Shown: in pieces, positions 12,417 to 25,935 of the stretch
Numbering within the stretch: the stretch's first letter is position 1
How the letters are laid out: each line of letters opens with the position of its first letter
Source: Vicugna vicugna
Lineage: Eukaryota
Length of the DNA stretch: 64,000 nt
Assembly: GCA_013265495.1 (NCBI GenBank)
Contig: MU058009.1
Coordinates: 1,924,001 to 1,988,000, forward strand
Reading direction: 5' to 3'
Position numbers and translations under genes: made by a program
The notes under the pieces: generated by a model
What the model was told of the DNA's origin: nothing
What the model saw: only the letters and a program-made list of their open reading frames with translations
Database searches by the model: none

Positions 12417-12750
12417 GCAATGTGATGGGGTTAGACTGGGTTTTATATTAACAGTCAAAGCCCTTAGAGTTTTCACGAAGGAACTACTTTGGGTGGGGGG
12501 TCTTTGGACTCTCAGTGGTCTTTAAGTTGCCCATTTTCTGCATTATTCTTGGTTTCTTCATACTAGTCTTCAAACAGAACCAAGAGTTTAGGGGTGATTT
12601 CCCTTTGTCTGCTCAGAGGTTCTGACAAGGTCACAGCAAGGATGGGGACACTGTCCCTGAGCCTCCTTCGTAATCAACCCAGCAAGGGTGGTTTAGGGTC
12701 ATTCCATCTGGACCAGAGACTGGACTCTTATGAGTCCCTTGACCTTAAGT
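12417..12750 (-). promoter_or_regulatory. KCNJ1: Candidate KCNJ1 distal promoter
   Basis: TATA box overlapping a GTTAAT HNF1-like half site, adjacent CTTTGA, and ERR/NR5A-type extended half sites ACAAGGTCA (12625-12633, +) and TTAAGGTCA (12748-12740, -). Confidence 0.45.
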
Positions 12751-13197
12751 TATTTTTTGTTAATTGTTGAGTTTTCTAGATCTGCCTCTTACATGCCTCC
12801 AGGTGAATTTTTCCTTCAACCTTTCTCTTTTTTTTTTTTTTGAAAGTGCTTGTTTTTAATTGTTTTATTTTTCCAGTCTCCACACACACTCCCTGCTTGC
12901 TCATGAAGATTAGGAACTACACAGTCAAGCCAACCACTTTGCTGTTTCTAGAGCAGAGCGAATATTACTCACGAATCATGTATATTCCAGGAGACCAAGC
13001 AGGGAAGGTCTGGGTCCTGCTCTCTTTACTTCTGGCTTCAGTCTAAGTCATCACTGTCCTGTACTTTCTTCTCTGAACCTATAAAGTTGCAATGATCTTA
13101 TTGGCCTTTAGTTGAAGGTAGATGGTCCCTTTCTGCTGTTCCTTGACCCGCTTATCCGGCCAACCATCACCTCCACCTCTGAAAATGCCCATTTGAT

Positions 13198-13462
13198 GTG
13201 GGGAAAAGAGAAAGTGGAAAGGGAGTGGGAAGAGATAAATTGGGAGTTCGAGATTTGCAGATACAAACTACTATATACAAAATAGATAAACTACAAGTTT
13301 CTTCTGTATGGCACAGGGACTATGTTCAATATCTTGCAGTAACCTATAATGAAAAAGAATATGAAAACGAATATATGTGTGTACATGTATGACTGAAACA
13401 CGATGCTGTACACCAGAAATTGACACAACATTGTAAACTGACTATAGTTCAATTTAAAAAAA
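13198..13462 (+). mobile_element. 5'-truncated young L1 (3' UTR plus A tail)
   Basis: 'gataaattgggagttcgagatttgcagatacaaactac...acaccagaaattgacacaacattgtaaactgactat...aaaaaaa'; closely similar to 61762-62038 in this window. Confidence 0.9.
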
Positions 13463-16400
13463 TGACTAGTTAGAGTTTTTAATGATCCTCAATTATTTGG
13501 CAAACGGATTTCTGTGCCAATAAATTCATTCACATGTGACTTGAATTAGCAACACAATGAGCATTCTGGCACATTCTTCTCCAGCCTTAAAGAAATGAAG
13601 CTGCATTCACTTTGAATCCTTGTCCGAACCCCAGGGGTTCCTTAAGCTCCAGGCAGAAAAGCTCTAGGAGTGTCTGAAAGTGGCTATGCTGACCTGAGTC
13701 TCTCTGAACTCAAACCCCAAAGTGCTGCTTTTTCCAGACGTTCTGAGCTGTGAGTTCTCACGCACCAGGCCAAGGCCTGCTCCCACCTGCCAAGCGGAAG
13801 GAGGAGGGACGCCCGGCGGACCCTGGAGCCAGGGGCACAGGTCTGAGTCCCAGATCTGCCGCTCACCACCTGTGCCACTTGGCCCACAGCTTCTCCACCA
13901 GTGTGACCACCGAGCGGGTGTCACGTGGACCCGGACGCTGAGGCCCTCAGCCTGGAGGCCAGGGAGGGTGTGGAGTGGGTAGCTGGGCCTCAGACAGCAG
14001 CCTCCCCACTCCCACAGCAATGGGGAACTGTCTCACTACCGTCCTCATGTACCGGGTGGCTTTTTGGGAAAAACAACTGATGCCCCTTCCCTTTGTGTCT
14101 GACATCTTTACCTCTGGGCAAAATGGGGCTAAAAATGGTGCCTACTCACAGGAATCAGGCACAGGAAAGACTCAGAGTCTGGCTCAGTGCAGGCAAGAAA
14201 CACACTGGGGCACTTGCGCACACCGCTGCAGGGGCCTCTCTCAGCCATTCTGTCACCATTTCTGATGACGAAGAAATGTTCATATATCGAGACACGGGGG
14301 AGTCATCCCGGCTTATACATTGGTTAACTTGAATTTGATGCAAACTAAAATAGCCTTTTTTGTAGCCTCTCCAACATACATTGTCCGTCTGCTTTAATTA
14401 TTAAAGAAAAGGACACGTTGACCAGAAGTAAAGAAATGTCTGCGTTAAAAATAAAGACCGGCCCCTCTTCCTGGGACGCCAACGCCAGGCTGGTCCTCCC
14501 AAGGCCGTACTGGACGTGCTGATCTGTTTTTTTGTATATATATATAAAAAATATATCCCTGACTTGTTTAATGCTTCTTTGTTCTGACAAGATACAAACC
14601 TGTGCTGAAAACCCTGCTTCTCCGGAGCGCTTTCTCAGAGTAGCCTGGGACGCGGGCCTCTGGGTTAGCCTTCAGTTTGGCCCTTACGGATTATTTTTGT
14701 CAACATTGATATTGTCTCAGGTTTAAGTGTGCACGGTAGGGAGGGACACATCTTCTGGCCTGTCTCCTAAGGGGCGACAGTGGGGCGCAACAAAGATGTG
14801 GGGCGATGCCTGGTCTAGGGCCCAGCCCTCAGGGGACAAGGAGACAGAGACGCGGCTCCCTGAGCAGGAGAGGCTCCTTCCCCGCGGACAGGCAGGCATC
14901 GACCTGGGTGGTCAGAAGAGCAAATGACCAGAGGCTTCATCTCCGAGGAGGAGGCCCTGAAAAGCCAGTGCCCTGACCCACATGGTCCGTGACTCCCTAA
15001 AACGTCCGAGGCCACTAACACATCTCTCTGTGCCCAGGAGGCCATTGCGATGTGGCAGGGGAAGTGTAGAGAAAGCGCTCTTCTCCACTCAAGTTTGCTC
15101 ATCATGTGGCCTTCAGGGAAATTTCCAGAATGAGCCCCGCCAACCTTCAGGTTCCCGTGTCTGAGCGCCACTTTGTCCTGGCAGCCAGTCTCCCCCAGAC
15201 CACGCGTATTCCACCTTTTAGCCATTTCCTAACTGCTTTCTTGGCAATGGGTTCACCCCACCCAGCCCACCGTGCACTCTGCGGACAGAGCAGCCTTTCT
15301 AAATTGTCGGTGTGATGGCACGTGGCTTCCCATGACCTTCAGGATAACTGCCGGGCTCCTGGCCACCACACACGGGGTCCCTCATCACGGGTCCTCACCC
15401 TGCAGCTCCATCTTCCTTCTCCCTGCCCCAGCCACACCAGCTCGCATCCCCTGCAAACACCACGCTCTCTCACGCCTCTGTGTTTCTGTAAATGCTATTT
15501 TCTTGTTCAGGAATGCCCTTCCTCCTGCCCCCACCAGGCTCCATCCTTCCCACCCAAGGGGTTTGGGGTCACACTGCCGTAAGGCCTTCCACAGGCAAAA
15601 TGGGACGTCCTTCCCGAGCAGGCAGTGATCCTACCATAATTGCACTGCGGCGTCTGTCCTGCTGGAGTGTAACAGCCCGTCTGCGCGCACGTGCCCCCTG
15701 CGCTGAACGTGCCGTGAGAACAGGGCCCAGTCAGCGATTTCCCAGGATCTCGCAGAGCTCCCAGAACATAATGCGTGCTCATTATCAGCTCGTTGAAAGG
15801 CAAAGGAGGAAAACACCTGTATGTCTAATAATGATATTAATGAGGAAGACAGTAATGAAGAGAAGAAGACAGTCATGATGAGCATCTTAAATTGTAGCAC
15901 CAAAAGGAGTGAAATTTGGGGCAAGCTCAGGACGTGCAAGCAATTCCAGTGAGAACTCGAAGAGAAGGGGTTAGGAAGCGTTCTCTCCACGGAAGCCACG
16001 GGGCAGGTAAGAGGCAAGGCATGTGATCAAAGCTGAATCCTTGGAAAATCACCGAGCCATGAAAAGGTCCGGGGTAGATTTACAACCCAGCACAGAAAAA
16101 AATGAATTGCTGGGAAAAGGAAAAAGACACGCATGAGAAATTCTGAGTCTCGGCTCTGTAGGGCATTTCTTGGCAATTAAAGCATCTTATACACTTGAAA
16201 AACAAGTCAGAGAAAATCAAAAGCCACCAACAGCATCCAAGCTCCAGGAACCGTTCACAAGTTACCCCAGATACCCCGATACCCCAGACCATGTGTTTTG
16301 AAAAACTGAAGCTGACCGAGCGGGGATCCCTTTTCACAACCCAGCACAGAGTAAGGCATCGCAAGCCAAGCCCATGACCGAAGGGCACCCGCCAGCCGGC

Positions 16401-19400
16401 TGGGTAAGTCCTTGTCGAAAGTGGTGTCCTTACCACAGTCACCATGCTTGGCTTCATTTTGTATGCCCAACTACAGAAAAAAGCAAACACGTTTTTCCTA
16501 AAGCTTGCCAACTGCAAAACACAGACATCTTCTGAGCGACTATGCGCAGCATCTCTATGACATGGATGTCTGCAGAAAGAGGCTCCACGCCGGTCCCTCC
16601 CTGGGCTTGTGTCAAGGGAGCACAGAGAACCGCTGCCGTCCACCACACAGAGCATCTGTCACAGTGGTATTTAGGGAGCTGAACAAATGCTGAGGAGTCC
16701 AGATGCCTTCGCCTGGAATCATGCAGCATTTAGTTGAAGGAAGGAAAGGCAATTTTGGTGCAGGTAAGGGGAGCACCTTACTAGCACGTTTCACCCAGAC
16801 AAAGCCTTCAGCCTTTTCCACCATAGACCTCACTTGCATCCTTACCCCCTACCTTAATGAGAGTGAAGGCTGGGAGAGGTCTGCTCTTGCAAGAGCTGAT
16901 GCCCTCAAGGACAGAAGCCCATGCACAAGTCCACCACCAAGAGAAGACCGTGCCACTGATGCTCAGGGCTGTGAAACCAGAAGACCCAGAGCACTGAGTG
17001 AGTGAGTTAAAACCCCACTCTTACCCCCAGAGCAGTGGACAGTCCATCTAGATTTGAGGTAGGGGAAAGACAGCTAAATTTCCACCAGAATTAACTCCTT
17101 TTTCCCCAAAAAGGCAATGTGGCCTTTCTCCCCTTACCTCATGGATTGCCTGCGTGAATGCAGGGACAAAGCCTCAGTCTCTTGGTCCCCCAGAAAGCAG
17201 CCGGGTCCTTGACAGGCACCTTTGGTCCAAGAGTTTGGACGGCCGGGGCAAGGGGCCCTGGGGCCCTGTTGGCTTTTATGAGTCTGTGGGTCAGCTCAGA
17301 CCGGCTGCCAACTCATCTGTATGCAATGGCTCTCAAAGAACACAGTTTACTCAGAACCGGATCCAACAAGAGGAGGCGTGGTAGTTAAGTGGGCCGGACA
17401 CACCAGAGGTGTCGAGCGGCCAGGGCTAATTGAGAGGGGTTTGTTTATGGAGGCCTGGCTTGGAACCAGGGCGCTCCTGCTGACAGTGTCCCGGCCAGAT
17501 GTGGGACCACCAGCTAGACGCTCCCCGGTGGGGGTGCGGGGTCCCCAAGGAGCCCTGCTGAAGCCTCTCTGGCTCAGTGACTCCCTCGGCAGCCACAGGT
17601 CAGGCTGACCTGACCTTCCCTGTGGCCGTTCTCTGCCACATCGGTCCCAGTTCAATGCAGAGCTTTGTAGCTGAGCAGTGGAGTCAGGGCAGGAGGCCCT
17701 GCTCCACCAGGGTCTCACCTGGGGCAAGTTCTGAGGTTCTCACGATGGAGGCCTGCCGCGGGGAGGGAGGTCATGGGTGTACTGGGCTTGGCACACACTC
17801 GGCACTGGGTAAACCCTGGGGAAAGTCAACACACCCCAGTATCCGCTTTCTTTCTTCCCTCCCACCCCGCCCCCTAGGGTCATCTGTCCCTGGTTCATCC
17901 TTCTTGTCTGATGCCTCTTGATTTGCTCTGTGTCAGTGATCCTCCTGGTCCTGGTGTCCTCCAAGGACCGTCACGCACTTGGCTGCTGGTCCCCACAGGA
18001 GCATCAGGGAACAGTCCGCTTCGTCTGCTCCCGGGGCAGCAGGGGGTGAACCCGGCCCCACATCCCGCCCCTTCTCCACTCAGCACCTCACAAGGTGGCA
18101 TGAGGTTTCAGATTTCACCTCGGTCTATGTGATGCCAAGAACAGGAGACACTGCAGAGCTGGACCATGATGCGGGGGCCGCGTGCCGGGGATTCTAACAC
18201 AGGAGGATGAATACCCTGTAGTTTTCGTGGAGGGGACAAAATAGAAACGAACACATAATTACATGAGGAACAGGGGTTGTGTTTTCAAATATTGCTAAGA
18301 ATAGTCAGTTTTCCGATTATTCAGTTTTAAAGGAAAAAGATTACAGCAGCAAAAGAAAAACGGCTTATACTAACGTTTTCCACGTGGCGTCTGATTGGTG
18401 GGACCCTTCCCAGGGAACGGCGGTACCGCGGGGAAGAGAACAAGACTGAGAGATTTGAAGCTCGTGCGGAATAGGACTTTCCCTTCCCAGAAGGCCTCCT
18501 TGTGGGCACACCGGTCCCCCCCTGCCTCCCGAGGTTCACCCCTCTCTCCAGAAGTATTTCCCTTCTCAGCCCCTACTGTGCACTTCCCTGCCTCCCTTCC
18601 CTGGCACCCCAATCCCATGGGGGGACAGCCCCCTAAGCCCAGGTCCCGTCCCCTCCCCTGAGCAGTGCATCGCCCTGAGTCTGGGTGTGGGGGGCATGGG
18701 AAGGTGGCCTGCAGGCCTCCAAGGTAGGGAGAGTGCACATCCCAGGGGTCCTAGCAACTGTGCCCCAAAATGTCTGCGCACAGGGTACACACAGGCAGCC
18801 GGTGCTGGGGAGGGTCTCCTGCAGAGCGACTTTGGCTGGAGAACTCCCATATGGCCACGCGGAACCTTCCTGAGGCTACAGGGCAGCCTAGGAGACTCCT
18901 ACCCCCGGCCCTCTCACCTTCTCTCGGGGGCCCAGGACCGGTGCCTGGACTGTTCAGCAGGATGGGAGCTGTCAGGGCATGCAGGAAGGACACTGGGCTC
19001 CCACAGCACAAGGCAGGATGTTTCAGAGCAGGGGCCCAAGGAGCCTCATTGAGTCTCTGGGCCAGTGTGATTTGAGGGTGTCCTTTTCTTTCTCCAAATC
19101 ATCCTCCGAGCAACTGGAAACACAAACACATACAAACACACACCTCTCAGAGGTAAACAAAAAATTCTCTGAGTCAGCACAGAACACACCCAAAAAAAGG
19201 AAAATAATCCTTTTCTTAAGTGCCTCGTTCATTTGCAAGACACGTCCCTCCCTCCACCTACCGATGGAGCTGCAACATCTCATTACTATGGAGACCAGGT
19301 AGCTACCTTACCTCCGCCCCCCCCACCCCTTGCCCCCTTCAGAAGGGCCCCTGGGGACCAGCTGGGATGAGAAAGAGGCTGTTGCTAAGCAACAGGGAGG

Positions 19401-22400
19401 GCAGGGCTGCTGCTGCTTCCAGCTCCAGGAATCTTGGTTATAAGGTGCCTGTGAAGGCATCTTACCTGATGGAAGGCTGCATCTTTCACACAGTCAACGT
19501 GCTTTGTTTTCTCAATCTCTCCTCCTGCCCATGGTCTTCAGGGAGGAATTCTGCTCCTGCTTTGCCCATCTGCTGCTTCTCCCTCCACTGCGGTCACAGA
19601 GACAGTCCTCCTGGGCCTGGCAGCCTGGGGCAGTGGGCAGGGTTCCTTTTTTCCCGGCTCTGTCCCAGTCCTGCTGCACTGAACCCACTGGGGTTCACCA
19701 GCATCGACTCCTCAGACACAGCAGGAAGTCCCAGCCTCTGCACCTGAGCTGGAGAACCAGAGCTGATGGATTGCCCTTCAAAGGAATCTGGAGCATTTCA
19801 AAGATATTATTCTAATATTCTAACCAGAGCGTTTTGGATAAATGGTAGGCCTGTCGAGGTGCCTGTCTGGTTAGGGGACGACAGGGCATCCCGCTCACAC
19901 AGTAAAGAACGGCACACAACGGCAAGTTCTGTGAGGCAAGGACCCTGGACCAGGTGGGCAGCAGGCGGCAGGGAAAGCGGGCAGAACTTGCAAAGGGGCC
20001 GCGTTCTGGGTCCCAGGAGCGGGTACAGGATGCCAAGGAGGTGAGGACAGCAGATCACAGCAAAACTGCCAGGGCAAGTTCTTCCGGGTCTGTGTGGAAC
20101 AAGGGGGAAACCAGCATGGGGGGGGTGGTCCCCGTCTGGGAGCATCTCAGTCACCTGAACTACCTTTGCCATTTTACTCAGCCTGCAAAAAGAGAGTTAA
20201 AGACACTCGTCTCTGGGAACACACCGAGCATGCGACCAGGCTGAGGGTCAGATTCACGCCTGTGATGCATAGACCCCGCCCCAACCACTGTCTCACTGAG
20301 ATGAGCCCGTACGGGGGGGACACAGTCTCCCCGCAGGGGGAGCAGAGGTCTGAGCCGCCTCCCACCTCTGCTCTAGGTAATGGAAAAGCAGTTTCAGTGG
20401 TGCCCTTCCTGGTTGAGCACACATTCTTCACAAAGCAACTGAACTCATCATTTTGGGAATCGGGAAAGGAAATTTAAAATAACTTTAAGACAAGAATATG
20501 GCAAATTACACAAATGTTTATTTTTGCTCCCTCCTGAACTCAACCAAAATGAGAATAAAGGAATTTTAAAAGGTAAAAATCCACACAGACAAAGAGAACA
20601 GGAAAGAGGACAACCGCGACGGAGAGAGTTTTACAAAATTTAAGAAGCAGGAAAACAGGTAAACAGGGCAGAGCAGCAAGGACAGAACACAGGTGCCCCC
20701 CGAGGGGGAAGTCAGCTGGGGGCCGAGGGGGAGCTGAGCTCTCACAGCTCAGGATGGGGAGCCCGGCCACCTCTGAAGGCAGTGCTCACGTGTGGGGCAG
20801 AAGACAGGAAAACTGGCTGAAATTCCTTACAAGGAACAGAATCGCTGGTGTAAGATCTGAGGTTTACTCTGGAGAAGCCCAGGGAGCGTGCGGACTGGTG
20901 TTCTCTGTAGCCAAGGATGGGGGCAAAGCCCTGACTGGAGACAGCGGCAGGTGTGGGAGAACCCGTGTACTGAGTGGGAGACAACGACCCCCGCCCCCAC
21001 CCAGCACCCAGGCGCCCGAGAGCTGCCGCGCGGGACCGGGGAGGACCGGCACTGAGACGAGGCTCAGGTCCTACGTGAACTTGGCGGGCCCCATACTTTT
21101 GGTCACTGGTGACCAGACCAGCAATCTGCAAGGCGCTACACCCCCGTCTCCTGGGGAAGCTGCCTTCTTGGGATGAAAAGAGAGGCTCATAGATTCACAA
21201 ACCGCCTCCATTGGAAGGGACTCTAGAGGCCACCTCCGGCTCGCCCAAATGCCCTGTGTGCCCCCCCCAACCACATCCGCCCAAACCCTCCAGCCCACCT
21301 GTACTCTTCTTAAAGCCCGGCCCGCAGAGCCCAGCTCTCAGAGATGCCCTGCCACCAGCCCCAGTAGGCCAGGACCGCCACCTCCATCCTTCCAGACATG
21401 ACGCACTCAGTGCCCATTAGCACTCACAGGGTGCTTCGTGGTGAGCTAAGGGTGACTTCTGTTTTGTTTACAAATGTAAACGATCCATACACCGCCCCCA
21501 CCTGCATGAGAATGGCTTGTTTGGGGTCGACTTGCTCAGATGATAATCAGGACCCTGAACGCAAATCCAAGGCTAACTCCACTGCGCTGCAGAGGCACAG
21601 ATACCAAGCAAATCTCAGAGACAGCCTTCTCCCCCAGTACCCCTCCTGTCTTTGAGGATCCAGGAGCTGAGCAGGGAATGGGACAAATCTCAAGGAGGAC
21701 CCCAGCCCCTCTCCCGGTGCCTGGGGGCGTCTGCCCTGGGCTCCACGGTGAAATTACAAATAAATGCAGGTTATAGAGAGCTCCCGCCTTTTTTTTTTTT
21801 AAATTTCTTTTACATTTTTGTTTGAAATGGTTGCTTTTTAAATAGAATTCCTGCAAGGACGCCAGTATAGGAACTTACTATAAGTTTTAAAAAATTAACA
21901 TGCAAAAATAAATCTTTGGGAAAGGATGAACTACACAGGTCGTCTTAGCGCTCGGGACGGAGAGGTCGTCTGCTGGACCGGGCAGGGCAGGGCGGCGGCC
22001 CGGGGGGCCCCGGGGCCGGGCGGGCAGGGGGCTGCAGGGAGCTTCACAAAGACCCTGCTTTGCATTCTGAAGACACAGCCTCAGAGCCGCCCTGGCCCCT
22101 GTCCCCAGTGAGAGGAGTGAGCGAGCGGTGGGGGGGAAGACACGGAGCCGCCCCCGGACGGCTGTCTCCCCGAGCACCTCCGCGAAGACTCAGGCCCCAG
22201 CCAGCAGCTGCCTTCCTCCCCGCACTAGTGCTGAGCCCGCCGGCACTTTCCTTGCCGCTTTCCCGTCTCAGCACGGCTTTCTCCCCGTGATCTGAAGTTC
22301 TCCGGAAACGGGTTCCTCATCCTCCGCAGTTCCTTGAGATCCAAAGCTCCAAAGCTCCAAAGTTGGACACTTCACCCAAAGAATGAATGAGTGCCTACCG

Positions 22401-22917
22401 CTGTGCCTCCGTGCCCCCCGCCCCCGCCCGGCCTGCTAACGCAGGTGGTCTGTTCCCCCGCAAAGCACCGCCACCCCCCAAAAGACGTTTTCTTCTAGGA
22501 GTGGCCAGCTGGCAGCTTGCTTGTGGCATCCTGTGGTTCTTTTTCTGCTGCTCTGGCACCCAGTGGGGACGTCATAGCCACAGAGCACCCGGTGCCTCCC
22601 TTCCCTAGAGGCCACCACGACACACAGGGTCCCTCTACTGTGCCATCATGCGGTGGCAAAGTGAATGGAGGAGGCACTTTTCATTTGGGGAGGGGGGTTC
22701 TGTTTGCTGGAAAGTCACCAGGACAGACTTGCCAGGACCAGGACACACGTCCATGGGCGCCTGAGCCAAGGACGGTGCTGAGTGGCCCCGACCACAGGGT
22801 ACACATAATCATGGCTCCACTCTGAAGACCAAAGGTGGCTGCCTGGTTACGTGGTCTGGCCGAAGCTATTCCTTGAGGCTGCCATTCCTGTGGCAGCCAA
22901 TAGGGGACCACCCCCCC

Positions 22918-22931
22918 NNNNNNNNNNNNNN
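22918..22931. other. Assembly gap (14 N)
   Basis: N run within a C-rich tract. Confidence 1.
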
Positions 22932-23284
22932 CCACCCCCAGCCATGTCCAGACTTGCAGGAGGCCACAGAGCATACAGTTCCAGCCAGAGAAGGAGGGGA
23001 TGGTAATGTCTGCCCTTCATACGTGTCTGTTTGGGGAGCAGGTGTGGGGTGGGGACATGAGTGGGCGTAGGAGCCGGGAGTCATGCTGGGATGGGTCAGA
23101 GGACCAGAGGGAAGAGCTCAGCAGCGCCCCCTCGTGCTACGTGGCAGCGGCACTGGCCTCTGGCTGTCTAGGGCTTCACTTCAGGGGCTCAGACACGGGG
23201 TTCCAGATTCTTGTCGGCTCACACATACCCCATTAAATCAGAAGTCAAAACAAATCAGTTCACACGATCCCAGCCAGGCACCCT

Positions 23285-23361
23285 NNNNNNNNNNNNNNNN
23301 NNNNNNNNNNNNNNNNNNNNNNNNNNNNNNNNNNNNNNNNNNNNNNNNNNNNNNNNNNNNN
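23285..23361. other. Assembly gap (77 N)
   Basis: N run. Confidence 1.
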
Positions 23362-23744
23362 CACAGGTACCCGGGCCCACCAGTGACCTTGTAGCGGATG
23401 CTTCTGCAGCCACATAGCTGATGGGACAGTCATTTCCCACCGCGGTAACCAGCCCTGCATGTGCCTGATTGCTCAAGAGCCACACACAGCGCCCGCCCAG
23501 GGACAGCCTTCAGTATCCACAGTGCCTGTGGGACCAGTCAGGAACCCCGCGCCCTCCCAGGATATTAAGAACTTGGCTTCCAAAGAGCAGGTCTCACTGG
23601 CCTTCCAGCCTGGGTCCCTGCTGTCTCTCAGGCCCACAGTGACCTTGGGTACAAGGTCGTAAGGATTTCATTCAAGGGGAGGGAACGTGCTTTAGAATAA
23701 GGGCCTCGAATTCTGGGTGACAGCCTCAGGGAGCTTGGGTTGTA

Positions 23745-23910
23745 GGAAAAACACTGAACTTGGTGTCAGGAAAGCTGGGTCTGAGGTCTGCCTTTGCCAG
23801 TTCACGGCAGTATCGCACTGGGGGAGTGACGTAGCCTCTCTGAGTCTCCGCCGTCTTCACCTAAAAAAGGGACAAATTATACTTGCTTTACATGACAGAC
23901 AGATTTAAGG
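23745..23910 (+). mobile_element. MIR SINE
   Basis: MIR core-like 'ctgggtctgaggtctgcctttgcc...cctctctgagtctccgccgtcttcacctaaaaaaggga'. Confidence 0.6.
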
Positions 23911-24799
23911 CATCTCATTCAGAACCCACCACCTAGGAAGTGACCATGGCCCCTGACCCAATACGATCTCACGATGCCAGGGTGTCTGGGGAGGGTCAGA
24001 GCAGCTGTGGGGTCGGCAGGGGGAGGGCAGGAAGGAGGGAGTCTGAACCTCTCTAGGAAAAGCCCGATCCTATGGGGTCCTCATGCAAAGAGTGAGCTGA
24101 TATATTCAAAAAAATCCCAGGTGCACCATGAATCAGGCACTTTCTAGGGACAAGCAGGCCTCATTCAACAGGCTTCAAGATTCCAGCCCATTAAACATGA
24201 CCTGCCTTCTTGCTCAGTAGCCAAGACCAGTAATCACCCAGTCGATCTACAACTCATGCCCTTTCCTGGGTTCCGGGTTCACCCAGCAATGCTCCAATCA
24301 CGAGTTGGCCTCCCATCTGGCTCCCCCTGTAGGGAGACATGTGTTGACTATGCCCTCGTGTGAATTCTGCTTCCCAGCACGGTTAGAGCGCTCATTGCGA
24401 ATTAATGAGTTAGCACTTCATCCAGACACCAGGGAGCAAAACCTGAGGGGGTGCTCTTGGGAGACAGTTGTGCTCGAAATCAGGTGACTGGACTCGCAAA
24501 GAGATCTTGGCAGACGCTCTATGAGATGTCACCATCTGGGGTCTCTTGGAAGACAGCAGAGTTGACCTCCACGGAGACACCCAGCCATCACCGTGAGCTG
24601 TCTCATCAGCTTTCTATATAAGCTTGTGTAACTATTTATTTATCTGCTACCACAAGGGCAGGCATCCCGTGGGCAGAGAACATATCTGGAACCTGACACA
24701 CAGCTACTGCAGAGCAAGGGGTCAACCAGTGTCTGCAGGACAGATGATTACAAATGAATGAATGACTTGAGTATAAAGAGAGTGAAGTAAAGAAATGCC

Positions 24800-25935
24800 T
24801 CTGCTTGTGCGCTCATCTGAAATCCCAATAAAATATCAATTTTGAAATAGGCATTAACTCTCAAAAAATGAGAATAACCAGACAGGAGGCAATAACAGCA
24901 AGTTTTTGAAAACCAGAAAGCAAACACATTCTAAGCTTGTGCAGGCACAAGCCGGGAAGCAGCACAACTTACATGTCGGAATCCCGTGAAGCCTAGCTGT
25001 CTGCAGCGCAGTCAGTCGCGGGAAGGGGAGACGGATGAAGCAGCTGGAAGGAAGACTGGCCGAGTCTGTTTAGGAAGCATCCTCCCCCTGACTAGGCCCA
25101 GGCAGGAGACTTCTCCCTGCCTCCCTGGCACAAGACTGGAGGTTTACTGTCTCGGGTAAAACAAAGGGCCTCTGGACAGAGGGACACACAGCACCATTAA
25201 GGATGGGCTTATCACACCCTGAAAGAGGGAGAGCTAAGTAAACATACCCACTGCAGATGTCAAGGCCCCCACAGTTCTCTTCCCCAACTTGATTCCACTG
25301 GCTGGTGATCAGGACTTCACCCTCCCAGCAGGAGATCGAGTGAGTTGTTCCTGAGAAATCTGAATATCCCCAGAGGAAAAAGTACCATCAGGGGCCCCTG
25401 CAATGAAATGGCCCTGCCAGAGCATCCTCCAGGGGGCCTGTGAAGTCAGGCCCTGTCCTCAGCCCAGAGCTCCTCTTCGCAGGTGAGGGTCCAGGTATCT
25501 GAGGAGCTAAAATAAACAGATATGAAAAAGTGTCTTGGAGGAAACAGACTGTGCAGGAAGAAGAAACCTCAGATGGAAAGGATGCTACCAAGATAACGGA
25601 TCTTAAAAGAATAATAAAGGGGGGGTGGAAATTAAGATGAGATAGCCAAACCAGGAATCTCAGTGAAAAGGGGTGGAAGAAATAGTTGGGAGAATCTACG
25701 GGAACACAGAGCAAAAATACAAAGAGATGAAACTGGAAGAGAAAGAAAAGGAAATGAGAGTTTTCTGCCTCTAAGTGACAGGGATTTCCGAGTGAGAGGA
25801 TGCAGGAAACGGGAAGAAAGAAACCATCAAAGCAACATGGCAAGAAAACGTCCCAGAATGGAAGGCACTGATGGGGGCTGCCGTGTGCCTGCACCAGCCA
25901 GGTCCCATCACCGTGAAATTCCAGAATATTGTGGG
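24800..25935 (+). mobile_element. Ancient L1M/HAL1-like 5'/ORF1 remnant
   Basis: Strongly A/G-skewed sequence ending in 'cccatcaccgtgaaattccagaat', resembling the ORF1 'HIIVKFQN' segment. No intact frame. Confidence 0.45.
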
